Assembly (NCBI GenBank): GCA_038127595.1
Contig: JAYPIC010000038.1
Coordinates: forward strand, 1-15,781
Source: a bacterium
GTDB taxonomy: Bacteria > Fidelibacterota > Marinisomatia > Marinisomatales > UBA1611
Direction: 5' to 3'
DNA length: 15,781 bases
The position numbers were made by a program, and so were the translations under genes. The notes under the pieces were generated by a model that searched no databases, was not told where the DNA came from, and saw nothing but the letters and a program-made list of their open reading frames with translations. Below are positions 1 to 8,432 of the stretch, piece by piece. Each line of letters begins with the position of its first letter. The first letter of the stretch is position 1.

Positions 1-1
1 T

Positions 2-943
2 GTTTATAATGCTTTATTGCCAGTAAGAGATAATGACTATGACTGGAGAGGGATACTGCCTGGAAATACATCTAATACTCTCTGGACAGATTATATTCCT
101 TTTAAAGATTTACCCCAAGTAACAAACCCAGATGCTGGATACTTTCAGAACTGTAATGCTAATCCATTTCTTGCTACGGGTTTTAGGAAAGATATTTCAT
201 CTTTTGGAATAAATGAAACTGCAGGAATTGAAGATCATCAAACTAATAGGTCATTGAGAGCGATTAAATTGTATGGTGGTGATAGCAGTATTACTAGAGA
301 AGAGTTCTATAACTATAAATTTGATAATCAATATGAGAAAAATTCTGTAATGGCATATGCTATTGATCGATTTATCGAAGATTTCAAATCTCAGGATTTA
401 GAGTTATTGGCCGCAGTTGACTTATTAAAAAATTGGAATTTACGCACTGATTTAGATAATAAAGCTGCAGCTTTAGCAATTCTAACATTTCCTTTAACTT
501 TTGATATAGCGGACTATAAGCATGATGTTGATCTCATTACGGATAGGTTGATTGATTCTATTAAAAAATTGAAATCCCATTATGGTCGTTTTGATGTTCC
601 TCTTGGTGACGTACAAGTATTAGTCAGAGGTGGATTAGAATTACCTTTGGACGGTGGTCCGGGTAATATGCGTGCTATATATACAGAATGGAAAGATGGA
701 AAAATGATTGCAAAAACAGGTGATTGTTTTGTGCAGATTATAGAATGGAGCCCCGAAGGAAAAGTTAGTTCGAAATCAATACATCAATTTGGCTCAGCTA
801 CCAATGATGAAAATTCAATTTTTTACAATAATCAATCTAAATTGTTTGCAGAGCGAAAGATGAAAAAAGTATTATTCTCATTAGATGATATAGAAAAGGA
901 TTTATATAAAAAATATAATGTATCATCATTAATAGAGTATTAA
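2..943 (+). CDS. Penicillin acylase family Ntn-hydrolase (amidase/acylase), beta-subunit C-terminal part; 5'-truncated by the window edge
   Basis: The frame is open from base 2 (VYNALLPVRD...), so the TTG at 17 is internal. Motifs typical of S45 acylases: 'DWRGILPG', 'LPQVTNPDAGYFQNCNANP' (NPxxG..NxN oxyanion Asn), 'LLKNWN', 'LPLDGGP', 'HQFGSA....S.FYNNQSKLF'. Confidence 0.85.
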   Translation, partial: VYNALLPVRDNDYDWRGILPGNTSNTLWTDYIPFKDLPQVTNPDAGYFQNCNANPFLATGFRKDISSFGINETAGIEDHQTNRSLRAIKLYGGDSSITREEFYNYKFDNQYEKNSVMAYAIDRFIEDFKSQDLELLAAVDLLKNWNLRTDLDNKAAALAILTFPLTFDIADYKHDVDLITDRLIDSIKKLKSHYGRFDVPLGDVQVLVRGGLELPLDGGPGNMRAIYTEWKDGKMIAKTGDCFVQIIEWSPEGKVSSKSIHQFGSATNDENSIFYNNQSKLFAERKMKKVLFSLDDIEKDLYKKYNVSSLIEY

Positions 944-956
944 CTTAAAAATATTC

Positions 957-1298
957 ATGAAGTATGCTCGTTATATATTTTTAATTAGTTCTATAAATCT
1001 GCTGTTATACGCTGTAGACAGACCTAGAATGCCTAGGTCTATGAAAATTAATATGATAGTCGATACTAGCTGCGCTAAGTGTCAATTCAAAATGGAAGGT
1101 TTAGAGGAATGCTTTTTGGCTGTGGAAATTAATTCAGAACATTACTTGATTTATGATAAGATAATAAACTTTTTTGATACTAGTTCGGAAAACAAGTTTT
1201 GTAAAAAGATTAAAAAAGCACATGTTAAGGGCGAAATCTTCAAGAATGAATTTTTTCTTCAATCTTTTAAAATTAAAAACCAACCTAGGAACAAATGA
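957..1298 (+). CDS. Small exported four-cysteine protein, DUF6370-like
   Basis: ATG start 13 nt after the acylase stop; hydrophobic N-terminus; 'SCAKCQF', 'C.LAVEI', 'FC..IKKAHVKG.I' match my recollection of the DUF6370 pattern; Cys39, 42, 52, 82. Confidence 0.65.
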   Translation: MKYARYIFLISSINLLLYAVDRPRMPRSMKINMIVDTSCAKCQFKMEGLEECFLAVEINSEHYLIYDKIINFFDTSSENKFCKKIKKAHVKGEIFKNEFFLQSFKIKNQPRNK

Positions 1299-1374
1299 CT
1301 AGTTTGTTTCAGATGAAGTGAGTGTTAATTATCTAAACTTAGTTTGATTTAGAAACAAAAAGGGAAATCAACAT

Positions 1375-1701
1375 ATGAAAAAGGGAAGGAATAGTAAATG
1401 TCATTGTGGAAGTGGCAAAAAATATAAGCACTGTCATGAAAGTAAAGATGGCAAAAACTCAAATCAGTATTTTTTAATTGGTGGCGTTTGCTTTGTATTT
1501 ATAATAATCTTTTTTCTAAGCACAGGAAAAGATAATAATTCGAAAGAATCTTTTATTTCTAAAACACCCATATTATTTGAATCTGAGTTCAAAAGAAGAA
1601 AAGCTCCAGAAGGTGATCCGCCTCCTGGTAAGGTGTGGTCAGTGGAGCATGGTCATTGGCATGATATAAATCCACCTAGCGGTTCTGTAGATGGACGTTA
1701 A
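1375..1701 (+). CDS. SEC-C metal-binding motif membrane protein with C-terminal 'PGKVWSxEHGHWHD' motif
   Basis: N-terminal 'GRNSKCHCGSGKKYKHCH' is a SEC-C motif (C9, C11, C20, H21); one TM segment (about aa 33-50); Pro/His-rich C-terminal motif; purine-rich 'aaaagggaa' upstream of the ATG. Confidence 0.8.
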   Translation: MKKGRNSKCHCGSGKKYKHCHESKDGKNSNQYFLIGGVCFVFIIIFFLSTGKDNNSKESFISKTPILFESEFKRRKAPEGDPPPGKVWSVEHGHWHDINPPSGSVDGR

Positions 1702-1789
1702 TGATAAACTAATAATTTGTGCACATAAAATGATCTATGATCGTATCAATAATTGCGCCGTAATTATAAAAATATAAAAAGGAAACACA

Positions 1790-3520
1790 ATGGATAGAAA
1801 GCTAGCAACAATTTTTGCCTCAGATGTAGTTGGTTTTAGCAAAATGATGGGTAGAGATGAGGTAAAAACCTTAGAAATTTTGCGAAAACGTAGAGAAGTC
1901 ATAGATAATATAATTGATGAGCATGATGGAATTATTTTTGGAAGTGCTGGGGATAGTGTTATAGCTGAATTTGCAAGTCCAATTAAAGCTGCGGAAGCTG
2001 CTGTAGAGACTCAGCTAAAAATGAAGACGATGAACCATGGGAAAAGCGATGATGATCAAATGACCTTTAGGGTTGGAATAAACATTGGCGATGTTATGGT
2101 TACGGATAATAATTTATTTGGAGATGCAGTGAATATTGCAGCAAGATTAGAAGCTGCTGCTAAACCTTCTGGAATATGTGTTTCGCAAACTGTTTTTGAT
2201 ATGATAAATAGAAAAATTATGGTTTCATTTGAGGACGCGGGACAGCTAGAATTAAAAAATATTGATTTCCCAATTAAGGCATTTCATGTTCTAGAAAATA
2301 AGGGTACACCAAGGTTTACACAGGACTCTGATGAGATACAAAATGAAATAAAAGTAGCAGAACCTGGCTCTGTCGCCGTTATGATGTTTAAAAACTTAAG
2401 TAACGATGTGGAACAAGAATACTTCTGCGAGGGTTTTTGTGAGGATCTGCTTTCCATGTTATCAAGATACAATAAACTTGTAGTTATATCTAGTCATGCA
2501 AGTTTTGCCTATAAGGATAAGGATAAAAATTTTCAAGATATTGGAAAAGAATTAGGTGTGAGGTATATAATTAATGGAAGCGTTAGAAAACTTGGAACGA
2601 AAATGAGGATAAACTCCCAATTATTATCTACCGAAAGTAAACAAACATTATGGTCAAATAATTACGATTTATCTGTTGATGAGGTATTTGATGTCCAAGA
2701 TGAAATAGCAGAGCAAATAGTATCAACTATTGTTGGTCGCGTTGAATCGGATGTTCTCGAAACGATAAAAGCAAAAAGACCTGAGAACATGGGAGCATAT
2801 GAACTGGTATTAAAAGGCCTTGATTATGCAAGAAAAGGAAATGTTGTAAAAGAAAACACAGAAAATGCTGTTAAATACTTTGAAAAAGCAATTGATCAGG
2901 ATCCAGGCTATGCTAGAGCATACGCATGGCGAGCTTGCTCACTTGGAAATCTAGCAGATTGGGAAGAAAAACCTGATCCGTCTCTTTTTGATAAAGCTAT
3001 AAAATCCGCGCACAAAGCACTAGAACTTGATCCAAATGATCCTGAAGCTCACAGGGTTATGGGTTCTATAAAATTTTTTTTTGAAAATGACCCCGAATTA
3101 GGGATTTATCATTTGCAAAAGGCAACTGAACTTTGTCCAAGTGATATTTATATCATATCGCGATATGTACTTTTTTTGATCTATACTGGTGATATAGAAA
3201 AGGCTCTAAATGAACTAAACAGAGCTATCAGATTAGACCCGTTCTCGCATGATTTATTATATGCTGAGCAGGGCATTTGTTATTATTGGTTAAAAGATTA
3301 CTCTAGTGCAATTGAAAGTTTTAGGAAAGTTAAGCTGATTAGAAATAATCTTTTTTACCTATCCGCTTGTTATTTTGAAAAAGGTGATGTTAAAAAAGGT
3401 AATGAGCTTCTAAAAGAAGCTGAAGCAACAACGGGACTTAGTAGTGATAATTTTATTGATTCTCAATCTTATACGAAAAGTGAAATGATTGATTCTCTTA
3501 AATTATCATTCAAAAGATAA
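1790..3520 (+). CDS. Class III adenylate/guanylate cyclase domain + TolB-like domain + TPR repeats
   Basis: 'RKLATIFASDVVGFS' (D12), 'AGDS' (D55), 'FRVGINIGDV', 'FGDAVNIAARLE' (N115, R119); 'SVAVMMFKNLS..EQEYFCEG..EDL', 'VRYIINGSVRK', 'VFDVQDEIA' are the TolB-like segment; helical repeats with 'AIDQDP', 'ALELDPND', 'AIRLDP'; RBS 'aaaggaaa'. Confidence 0.9.
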   Translation: MDRKLATIFASDVVGFSKMMGRDEVKTLEILRKRREVIDNIIDEHDGIIFGSAGDSVIAEFASPIKAAEAAVETQLKMKTMNHGKSDDDQMTFRVGINIGDVMVTDNNLFGDAVNIAARLEAAAKPSGICVSQTVFDMINRKIMVSFEDAGQLELKNIDFPIKAFHVLENKGTPRFTQDSDEIQNEIKVAEPGSVAVMMFKNLSNDVEQEYFCEGFCEDLLSMLSRYNKLVVISSHASFAYKDKDKNFQDIGKELGVRYIINGSVRKLGTKMRINSQLLSTESKQTLWSNNYDLSVDEVFDVQDEIAEQIVSTIVGRVESDVLETIKAKRPENMGAYELVLKGLDYARKGNVVKENTENAVKYFEKAIDQDPGYARAYAWRACSLGNLADWEEKPDPSLFDKAIKSAHKALELDPNDPEAHRVMGSIKFFFENDPELGIYHLQKATELCPSDIYIISRYVLFLIYTGDIEKALNELNRAIRLDPFSHDLLYAEQGICYYWLKDYSSAIESFRKVKLIRNNLFYLSACYFEKGDVKKGNELLKEAEATTGLSSDNFIDSQSYTKSEMIDSLKLSFKR

Positions 3521-3543
3521 TTAGTATTAGTACTATTATCTTT
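3513..3543 (+). terminator. AT-rich hairpin overlapping the cyclase stop codon; possible weak terminator or mRNA stem-loop
   Basis: aaagataa(t)tagta-ttag-tactattatcttt: 13-bp stem with one bulged base and a 4-nt loop; no separate U-tract after the stem. Confidence 0.35.
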
Positions 3544-3624
3544 ATATAAAAAGTTTAAGATGTCTGAGCTTATCAACAGAAATAAATGTAAAGTTATAGT
3601 GTTTTTTCTTATGAAGTTTAAATA

Positions 3625-4872
3625 ATGATTGATCCTGTTTTTACAAATGATGCCATAGTATTTGGCATTCTTATGAGCATCCTTGGTTTTGTTTTCCTAA
3701 CATCAACTAGTAAAAAACCACTATGGGTAAAATTTTACAAATACGTTCCAGCTTTATTACTGTGTTATTTCATTCCTTCTATATTTAATTCACTAGGTAT
3801 TATTTCAGGAAATAGTTCCAACCTTTATTTTGTAGCCTCTAGATATTTACTTCCAACGAGTCTAGCACTTTTAACCATTAGCATAGATTTAAAAGAAATA
3901 AGAAAATTAGGTTCTAAAGCTCTTATTTTGTTTTTTACTGGAACATTAGGAATCATCATTGGAGGACCAATAGCAATCTTAATAGTATTATCTATTAATC
4001 CTGCATTAATTGCTGGTTCAGATATAGATAGCGTGTGGAGAGGATTAAGCACTGTCGCAGGTAGTTGGATAGGTGGAGGTGCAAATCAAGCCGCGATGAA
4101 AGAAGTGTTTCAAGTTGATAATGAAATATTTTCGGCAATGGTTGCTGTTGATGTGATTGTTGCAAATATCTGGATGGCATTTTTGCTTTATGGCGCTGGT
4201 ATAAATGATAAGATAGATAATTGGCTTCAAGCTGATTCTAGCTCTATAGACGTACTTAAAAATAAGATTGAAGCCTATCAGGCACAAATGATGAAAATTC
4301 CAAATACTGCTGATACAATGAGGGTTCTATCCATTGGGTTTGGAATCACTGCTGTTGCTCATTTTGGTGCAGATCTTATTGCGCCGTGGATTTTCCAAAA
4401 TGCTCCTTTGCTTGCTAAATTTAGTCTTACTTCTAAGTTTTTTTGGTTAATAGTAATCTCAACAACTTTAGCTGTTTTTCTATCATTTACGAAAGCTAGA
4501 GAATTAGAGGGAGTTGGGGCTTCAAGAATTGGTAGTGTTTTCATATACATTTTAGTTGCTACCATTGGGATGAAAATGAATATAGTGGCTATTTTTGACA
4601 ATCCAGGGTTATTTATTGTTGGGCTGATATGGATGATGATCCATGCAGGCATGCTTATTAGTGTAGCAAAATTTATAAAAGCGCCATTTTTCTTTATGGC
4701 TGTTGGTAGTCAAGCAAATGTTGGAGGCGCTGCATCAGCGCCTATTGTAGCTTCTGCTTTTCACCCATCCTTAGCTCCAGTTGGGGTATTATTAGCTGTA
4801 CTTGGTTATGCTATGGGTACCTATGGCGCATGGCTGTGCGGAGTTCTAATGCAACTATCCTCCACATATTAA
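3625..4872 (+). CDS. DUF819 family polytopic membrane protein (putative transporter)
   Basis: About 11-12 hydrophobic segments; 'YLLP..LALL...IDL', 'AGSWIGGGANQAAM' and 'GSQANVGGAASAP' are the paired Gly-rich motifs of DUF819. Confidence 0.85.
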   Translation: MIDPVFTNDAIVFGILMSILGFVFLTSTSKKPLWVKFYKYVPALLLCYFIPSIFNSLGIISGNSSNLYFVASRYLLPTSLALLTISIDLKEIRKLGSKALILFFTGTLGIIIGGPIAILIVLSINPALIAGSDIDSVWRGLSTVAGSWIGGGANQAAMKEVFQVDNEIFSAMVAVDVIVANIWMAFLLYGAGINDKIDNWLQADSSSIDVLKNKIEAYQAQMMKIPNTADTMRVLSIGFGITAVAHFGADLIAPWIFQNAPLLAKFSLTSKFFWLIVISTTLAVFLSFTKARELEGVGASRIGSVFIYILVATIGMKMNIVAIFDNPGLFIVGLIWMMIHAGMLISVAKFIKAPFFFMAVGSQANVGGAASAPIVASAFHPSLAPVGVLLAVLGYAMGTYGAWLCGVLMQLSSTY

Positions 4873-4892
4873 TTTCATCATATAAATGAATA

Positions 4893-6587
4893 ATGCACTT
4901 AGTTAAATATTTAAATTTTGTTTGCCATCTATCCAAGAGTATTATATCCCTAACACTTCTTTTTTTTATAACTAGCTGTACCACATTTGAAAAAGCTGAC
5001 AAAATATATATAAATGGGAATATATATACTGGTATTGAGAGCGATACTCGCTACAACTATATAGCTATAAAAGACGATATAATTTTATCCTTAGGGTTAG
5101 ATACACACAATCATTTAATAGATGATTCTACTATAATTATAGATCTTAACAATAATTTTACTCTTCCTGGTTTTATAGATAATCATACGCATTTAATGTG
5201 GGGAGGAGCCACACTAAGAAGTATTAATCTTAAAGAAATAAATGATAAAGATAGATTTATTCAGGCTTTTAGGGATTATACATTAAATAAAACAGATAAT
5301 TCTTGGATAGAAGGAGGGAACTGGGATCATGAAAACTGGGGGGGCATGCTCCCTTCAAAATCATGGATTGATAGTATTACTTCAAAAAACCCAGTTTTAG
5401 TTACGAGAATTGATGGCCATATGGCATTATCAAATAGTGCTGCTTTAAAAGCAGCGGGTATCAACAAATTAACACCTAACCCCCCTGGAGGTATAATTGA
5501 GAGAGATTCATTAACAGGTGAAGCAACAGGTATATTGAAAGAAAATGCAATAGACCTAGTACGCAACATCATCCCAAAAAAAACAAATGAAATCAAAGAT
5601 GAGATTTTTAGTGCATCCATGAAACATGCTGCATCCTTGGGACTTACGCAAGTGCATGATATGTGTAGTTGGGATGATTTACTTACCTTTAGAAGGAATA
5701 AGGATGTGTTAACTCTCAGAATCAAAGGATATACTTGGTATGAAAACTGGAATGATTTAAAGATGCTGATTAATTCAGAAGGAATTGGTGATGACATGTT
5801 AAGATGGAATGGCCTAAAAGCTATGGTCGATGGTTCACTTGGCTCAAGAACAGCATGGATGCACAATCATTACCTCGATGAAAAAAATTCAAAAGGTTTT
5901 TTAATAATAAAGGATACAATTCAATTTAAAAAACTTATTTTAGATGTTGACAATTATAATATACAGTTGGCTGTACATGCTATTGGAGACAGAGCTAATG
6001 ATTGGATAATAGACCAATTTTTTCAAGTGTTTAACTCTAATGGTAAAAAGGATAGACGTTTTAGAATAGAGCATGCTCAGCACTTAACTCAAAAAGGTAT
6101 TAATAATATTATTAATACTGATATAATACCATCCATGCAGCCATATGGATGTATAGATGATACACGATGGATGCATAAAAGAATAACCACTGATTTAATG
6201 TCCCGCAGCTACGTTTTCAATACTTTTATTCAAAATGGTGTGAATTTAACATTTGGATCAGACTGGGACGTTACTCCTCTAAATCCACTTGAAGGAATAT
6301 ACGCTGCAGTTTCAAGAAAAACATTAGATGGAAGTAATCCTGATGGATGGTACCCTGAACAAAAAATATCTATATTTGAAGCAATAAAATGCTACACAAA
6401 AAATAATGCATATGCAGGTTTTCAAGAAAAAAAGACGGGAATTTTAAAGGAAGGGTTCTATGCAGATTTTACAGTTTTGTCAGAAGATTTAACTTCGATA
6501 AATATTGAAAATATTTTAGATGTAAAAGTTATGAGAACTGTTGTTGGTGGCAAAGAGGTGTATACAAAATATAAAACAGGTGAGTAA
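4893..6587 (+). CDS. YtcJ-like metal-dependent amidohydrolase (Amidohydro_3), probable lipoprotein
   Basis: 'LPGFIDNHTH' (HxH), 'RIDGH', 'TGILKE', 'KAMVDGSLGSRTA', 'HAIGDRA', 'RIEHAQ', 'FGSDW', 'G.YADF.VL', 'RTVVGG'; lipobox-like 'LLFFITS-C'. Exact start uncertain. Confidence 0.9.
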   Translation: MHLVKYLNFVCHLSKSIISLTLLFFITSCTTFEKADKIYINGNIYTGIESDTRYNYIAIKDDIILSLGLDTHNHLIDDSTIIIDLNNNFTLPGFIDNHTHLMWGGATLRSINLKEINDKDRFIQAFRDYTLNKTDNSWIEGGNWDHENWGGMLPSKSWIDSITSKNPVLVTRIDGHMALSNSAALKAAGINKLTPNPPGGIIERDSLTGEATGILKENAIDLVRNIIPKKTNEIKDEIFSASMKHAASLGLTQVHDMCSWDDLLTFRRNKDVLTLRIKGYTWYENWNDLKMLINSEGIGDDMLRWNGLKAMVDGSLGSRTAWMHNHYLDEKNSKGFLIIKDTIQFKKLILDVDNYNIQLAVHAIGDRANDWIIDQFFQVFNSNGKKDRRFRIEHAQHLTQKGINNIINTDIIPSMQPYGCIDDTRWMHKRITTDLMSRSYVFNTFIQNGVNLTFGSDWDVTPLNPLEGIYAAVSRKTLDGSNPDGWYPEQKISIFEAIKCYTKNNAYAGFQEKKTGILKEGFYADFTVLSEDLTSINIENILDVKVMRTVVGGKEVYTKYKTGE

Positions 6588-6590
6588 TGA

Positions 6591-7115
6591 ATGTATGTAC
6601 ACACTGAGCTAGAACCATACCTAATTTTTTTAAACATATTTTTAACTCTATGTTGGAGCTTGTCAACATGGCTTACCATGCAGAATAAAAAATTACATTC
6701 TGAACTAATACCTCAAAATCAATTTATATCTAAAAATGGGTTAGTGATGGGAACATTATTAATGATTTTTTGCCTTTACTTTCTATCATTATTCTATAAT
6801 GAATTAAGATTTGCTATGACCTTGATCTTCGGTGCAATCATGGTTGGAGTAGGGAGTTATTTAGCAAAGTACTTTGAGTGGTTAATATTTTTACAAGAAA
6901 TTAAAAGTGGATACTGGAAACAAAAGCTAACTACTTATTTTTTTGATAACTATGGTAATGGTTTAGGACCCAAGAGCACCCAAAAAGTTTTAGAAAGCAT
7001 GATCTCAGAATGGTGGGTTAAAATTCTTCCAATATCTATGGAATCAGAAATAAGGGAGACTTTAAAGAAAATAGTTATAGAGTCCGATAAATATTCTAGA
7101 AGTAGAGATAAGTAA
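6591..7115 (+). CDS. Hypothetical membrane protein (about 3 TM plus soluble C-terminal part)
   Basis: 174-aa ORF 3 nt after the preceding stop, with 'aggtgag' upstream; three hydrophobic stretches in the first ~100 aa; fills the gap exactly; no family recognised. Confidence 0.7.
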   Translation: MYVHTELEPYLIFLNIFLTLCWSLSTWLTMQNKKLHSELIPQNQFISKNGLVMGTLLMIFCLYFLSLFYNELRFAMTLIFGAIMVGVGSYLAKYFEWLIFLQEIKSGYWKQKLTTYFFDNYGNGLGPKSTQKVLESMISEWWVKILPISMESEIRETLKKIVIESDKYSRSRDK

Positions 7116-7117
7116 CT

Positions 7118-8398
7118 TTATTCACTTTTATATATTATTCCTTCTTTCATTACAAAAACAACACTCTGAAGAGATGTAATATCTTTAACTGGGTTACCGG
7201 TTACTGCGATAATATCAGCAATTTTCCCCGACTCAATGGTTCCTAACATATCATCAATTCCTAATAATTCCGACGCCACAACGGTAGCAGACCTAATAGC
7301 CTCCATTTCTGACATTCCACCTTTCACCATATATAGAAATTCTTTGGCATTTTCGCCATGGTAAGAAACCCCTGAATCTGTTCCGAATGCAATTTTAATT
7401 CCAAACTTATAAGCGGTTGTGAACGTATTTAGCAGCCTTGGTCCAATTTCTAGCGCTTTTGGTACAATAATTTGAGGATAATAACCTGGTTCTTTTGCTT
7501 TTGCAGCTACAAACATTCCAGCCGAGATCGTTGGGATATAATACGTACCATACTTTTTCATTAAGGCTAGTACTTCACCATCCATAATAGTTCCATGTTC
7601 AATGGAGTGTACACCAGCTCTTATAGCTCTTTTCATTCCTTCGGGACCATGAGCATGTGCTGCAACATGCATATCATAATCTTGCGCAGTTTCCACAATA
7701 GCTTTTATTTCTTGTTCAGTGAATTGAGGATTCTTACTGTTTTTAGCTACACTTAAAACTCCGCCTGTTGCTGTAATTTTTATTAAATCAGATCCATTTT
7801 TATATCTTTGCCTAACCGCCTTTCTTGCATCACTTGTCCCGTTAATTACGCCTTCTTTTGGACCTGGATCGCTGGTAAAATTCATATTTAAGCCACTTGA
7901 AGGATCAGCGTGACCACCGGTCGTAGCTATTGCCTTACCAGCGCTAAAAATTCTTGGACCTACAACATAACCACTTCTTATTGCATCACGCAAACTATTA
8001 CTTATAACCCCACCGAGCTCTCTTACAGTTGTAAATCCAGCCATTAAAGTTTTTTCTGCGTATGGTATAGATCTATATGCATATTCATCAAGATCCATGT
8101 AGAACTTTTCCATGTAGCTTTTAGGATTACTCTCACCAGATAGATGAGTATGCATGTCCATAAGTCCAGGTAATACAGTGTAATCCTTTAAATTAATTAG
8201 CTTATCATTTTCAGACTGAGGGTTAATATGTCCTCTTAAAATTGATTGTATTGTGCTTCCATTAATAATTATTGTTACCATTTCAACTGGTATTTCTGTA
8301 ATCCCGTCTATCAACCTGCCAGCATGAATGTAAACCTTTTGAGGAAAAGCAAATGTTGTGATTACTAGTAAGATTACTATTTTTTTTAAACAATACAT
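7118..8398 (-). CDS. Exported metal-dependent amidohydrolase, Xaa-Pro dipeptidase/carboxypeptidase-like subgroup
   Basis: 'VLPGLMDMHTH', 'GFTTVRELG', 'TGGHAD', 'IKITATGGV', 'AAHAHG', 'SIEHG', 'FGTDSG', 'GKIADII'. I prefer the ATG at 8398 (MYCLKKIVILLVITTFAF, signal-peptide-like) to the TTG at 8419. Confidence 0.9.
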   Translation of the reverse strand: MYCLKKIVILLVITTFAFPQKVYIHAGRLIDGITEIPVEMVTIIINGSTIQSILRGHINPQSENDKLINLKDYTVLPGLMDMHTHLSGESNPKSYMEKFYMDLDEYAYRSIPYAEKTLMAGFTTVRELGGVISNSLRDAIRSGYVVGPRIFSAGKAIATTGGHADPSSGLNMNFTSDPGPKEGVINGTSDARKAVRQRYKNGSDLIKITATGGVLSVAKNSKNPQFTEQEIKAIVETAQDYDMHVAAHAHGPEGMKRAIRAGVHSIEHGTIMDGEVLALMKKYGTYYIPTISAGMFVAAKAKEPGYYPQIIVPKALEIGPRLLNTFTTAYKFGIKIAFGTDSGVSYHGENAKEFLYMVKGGMSEMEAIRSATVVASELLGIDDMLGTIESGKIADIIAVTGNPVKDITSLQSVVFVMKEGIIYKSE

Positions 8399-8432
8399 TC
8401 TGTGGTATATATATAACAATAAATTGATATTG

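Noticed and set aside
17..19. TTG at 17 as the acylase start
   Set aside because: The frame is open to the window edge, and the alpha subunit and catalytic N-terminal Ser region are absent, so the gene begins upstream.
1071..1085. CxxC as a c-type haem site
   Set aside because: The motif is CAKCQ, not CxxCH.
1375..1701. secA fragment or pseudogene
   Set aside because: Only the SEC-C motif is shared, and it is N-terminal in an intact ORF with RBS and TM helix.
1718..1725. Palindrome TGTGCACA upstream of the cyclase as a CRP site
   Set aside because: Lacks the TGTGA-N6-TCACA spacing; an 8-bp palindrome alone is not significant.
2284..2472. 62-aa minus-strand ORF (likewise 4811-5002, 6458-6679 and 15324-15524)
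   Set aside because: Each is antisense to stronger CDS calls and has no independent support.
1375..3520. Pycsar/CBASS-like defence system (cyclase plus adjacent TM gene)
   Set aside because: The cyclase has the TolB-like/TPR signalling architecture, the neighbour has one TM and no cNMP-binding or TIR domain, and no other defence or mobile genes are present.
3825..4652. Short ORFs 3825-4052, 3995-4180, 4045-4287 and 4359-4652 on the minus strand
   Set aside because: Antisense to DUF819, mutually overlapping, no recognisable features.
5327..5866. 179-aa antisense ORF
   Set aside because: Lies wholly opposite the well-supported amidohydrolase; no motifs; typical antisense shadow.
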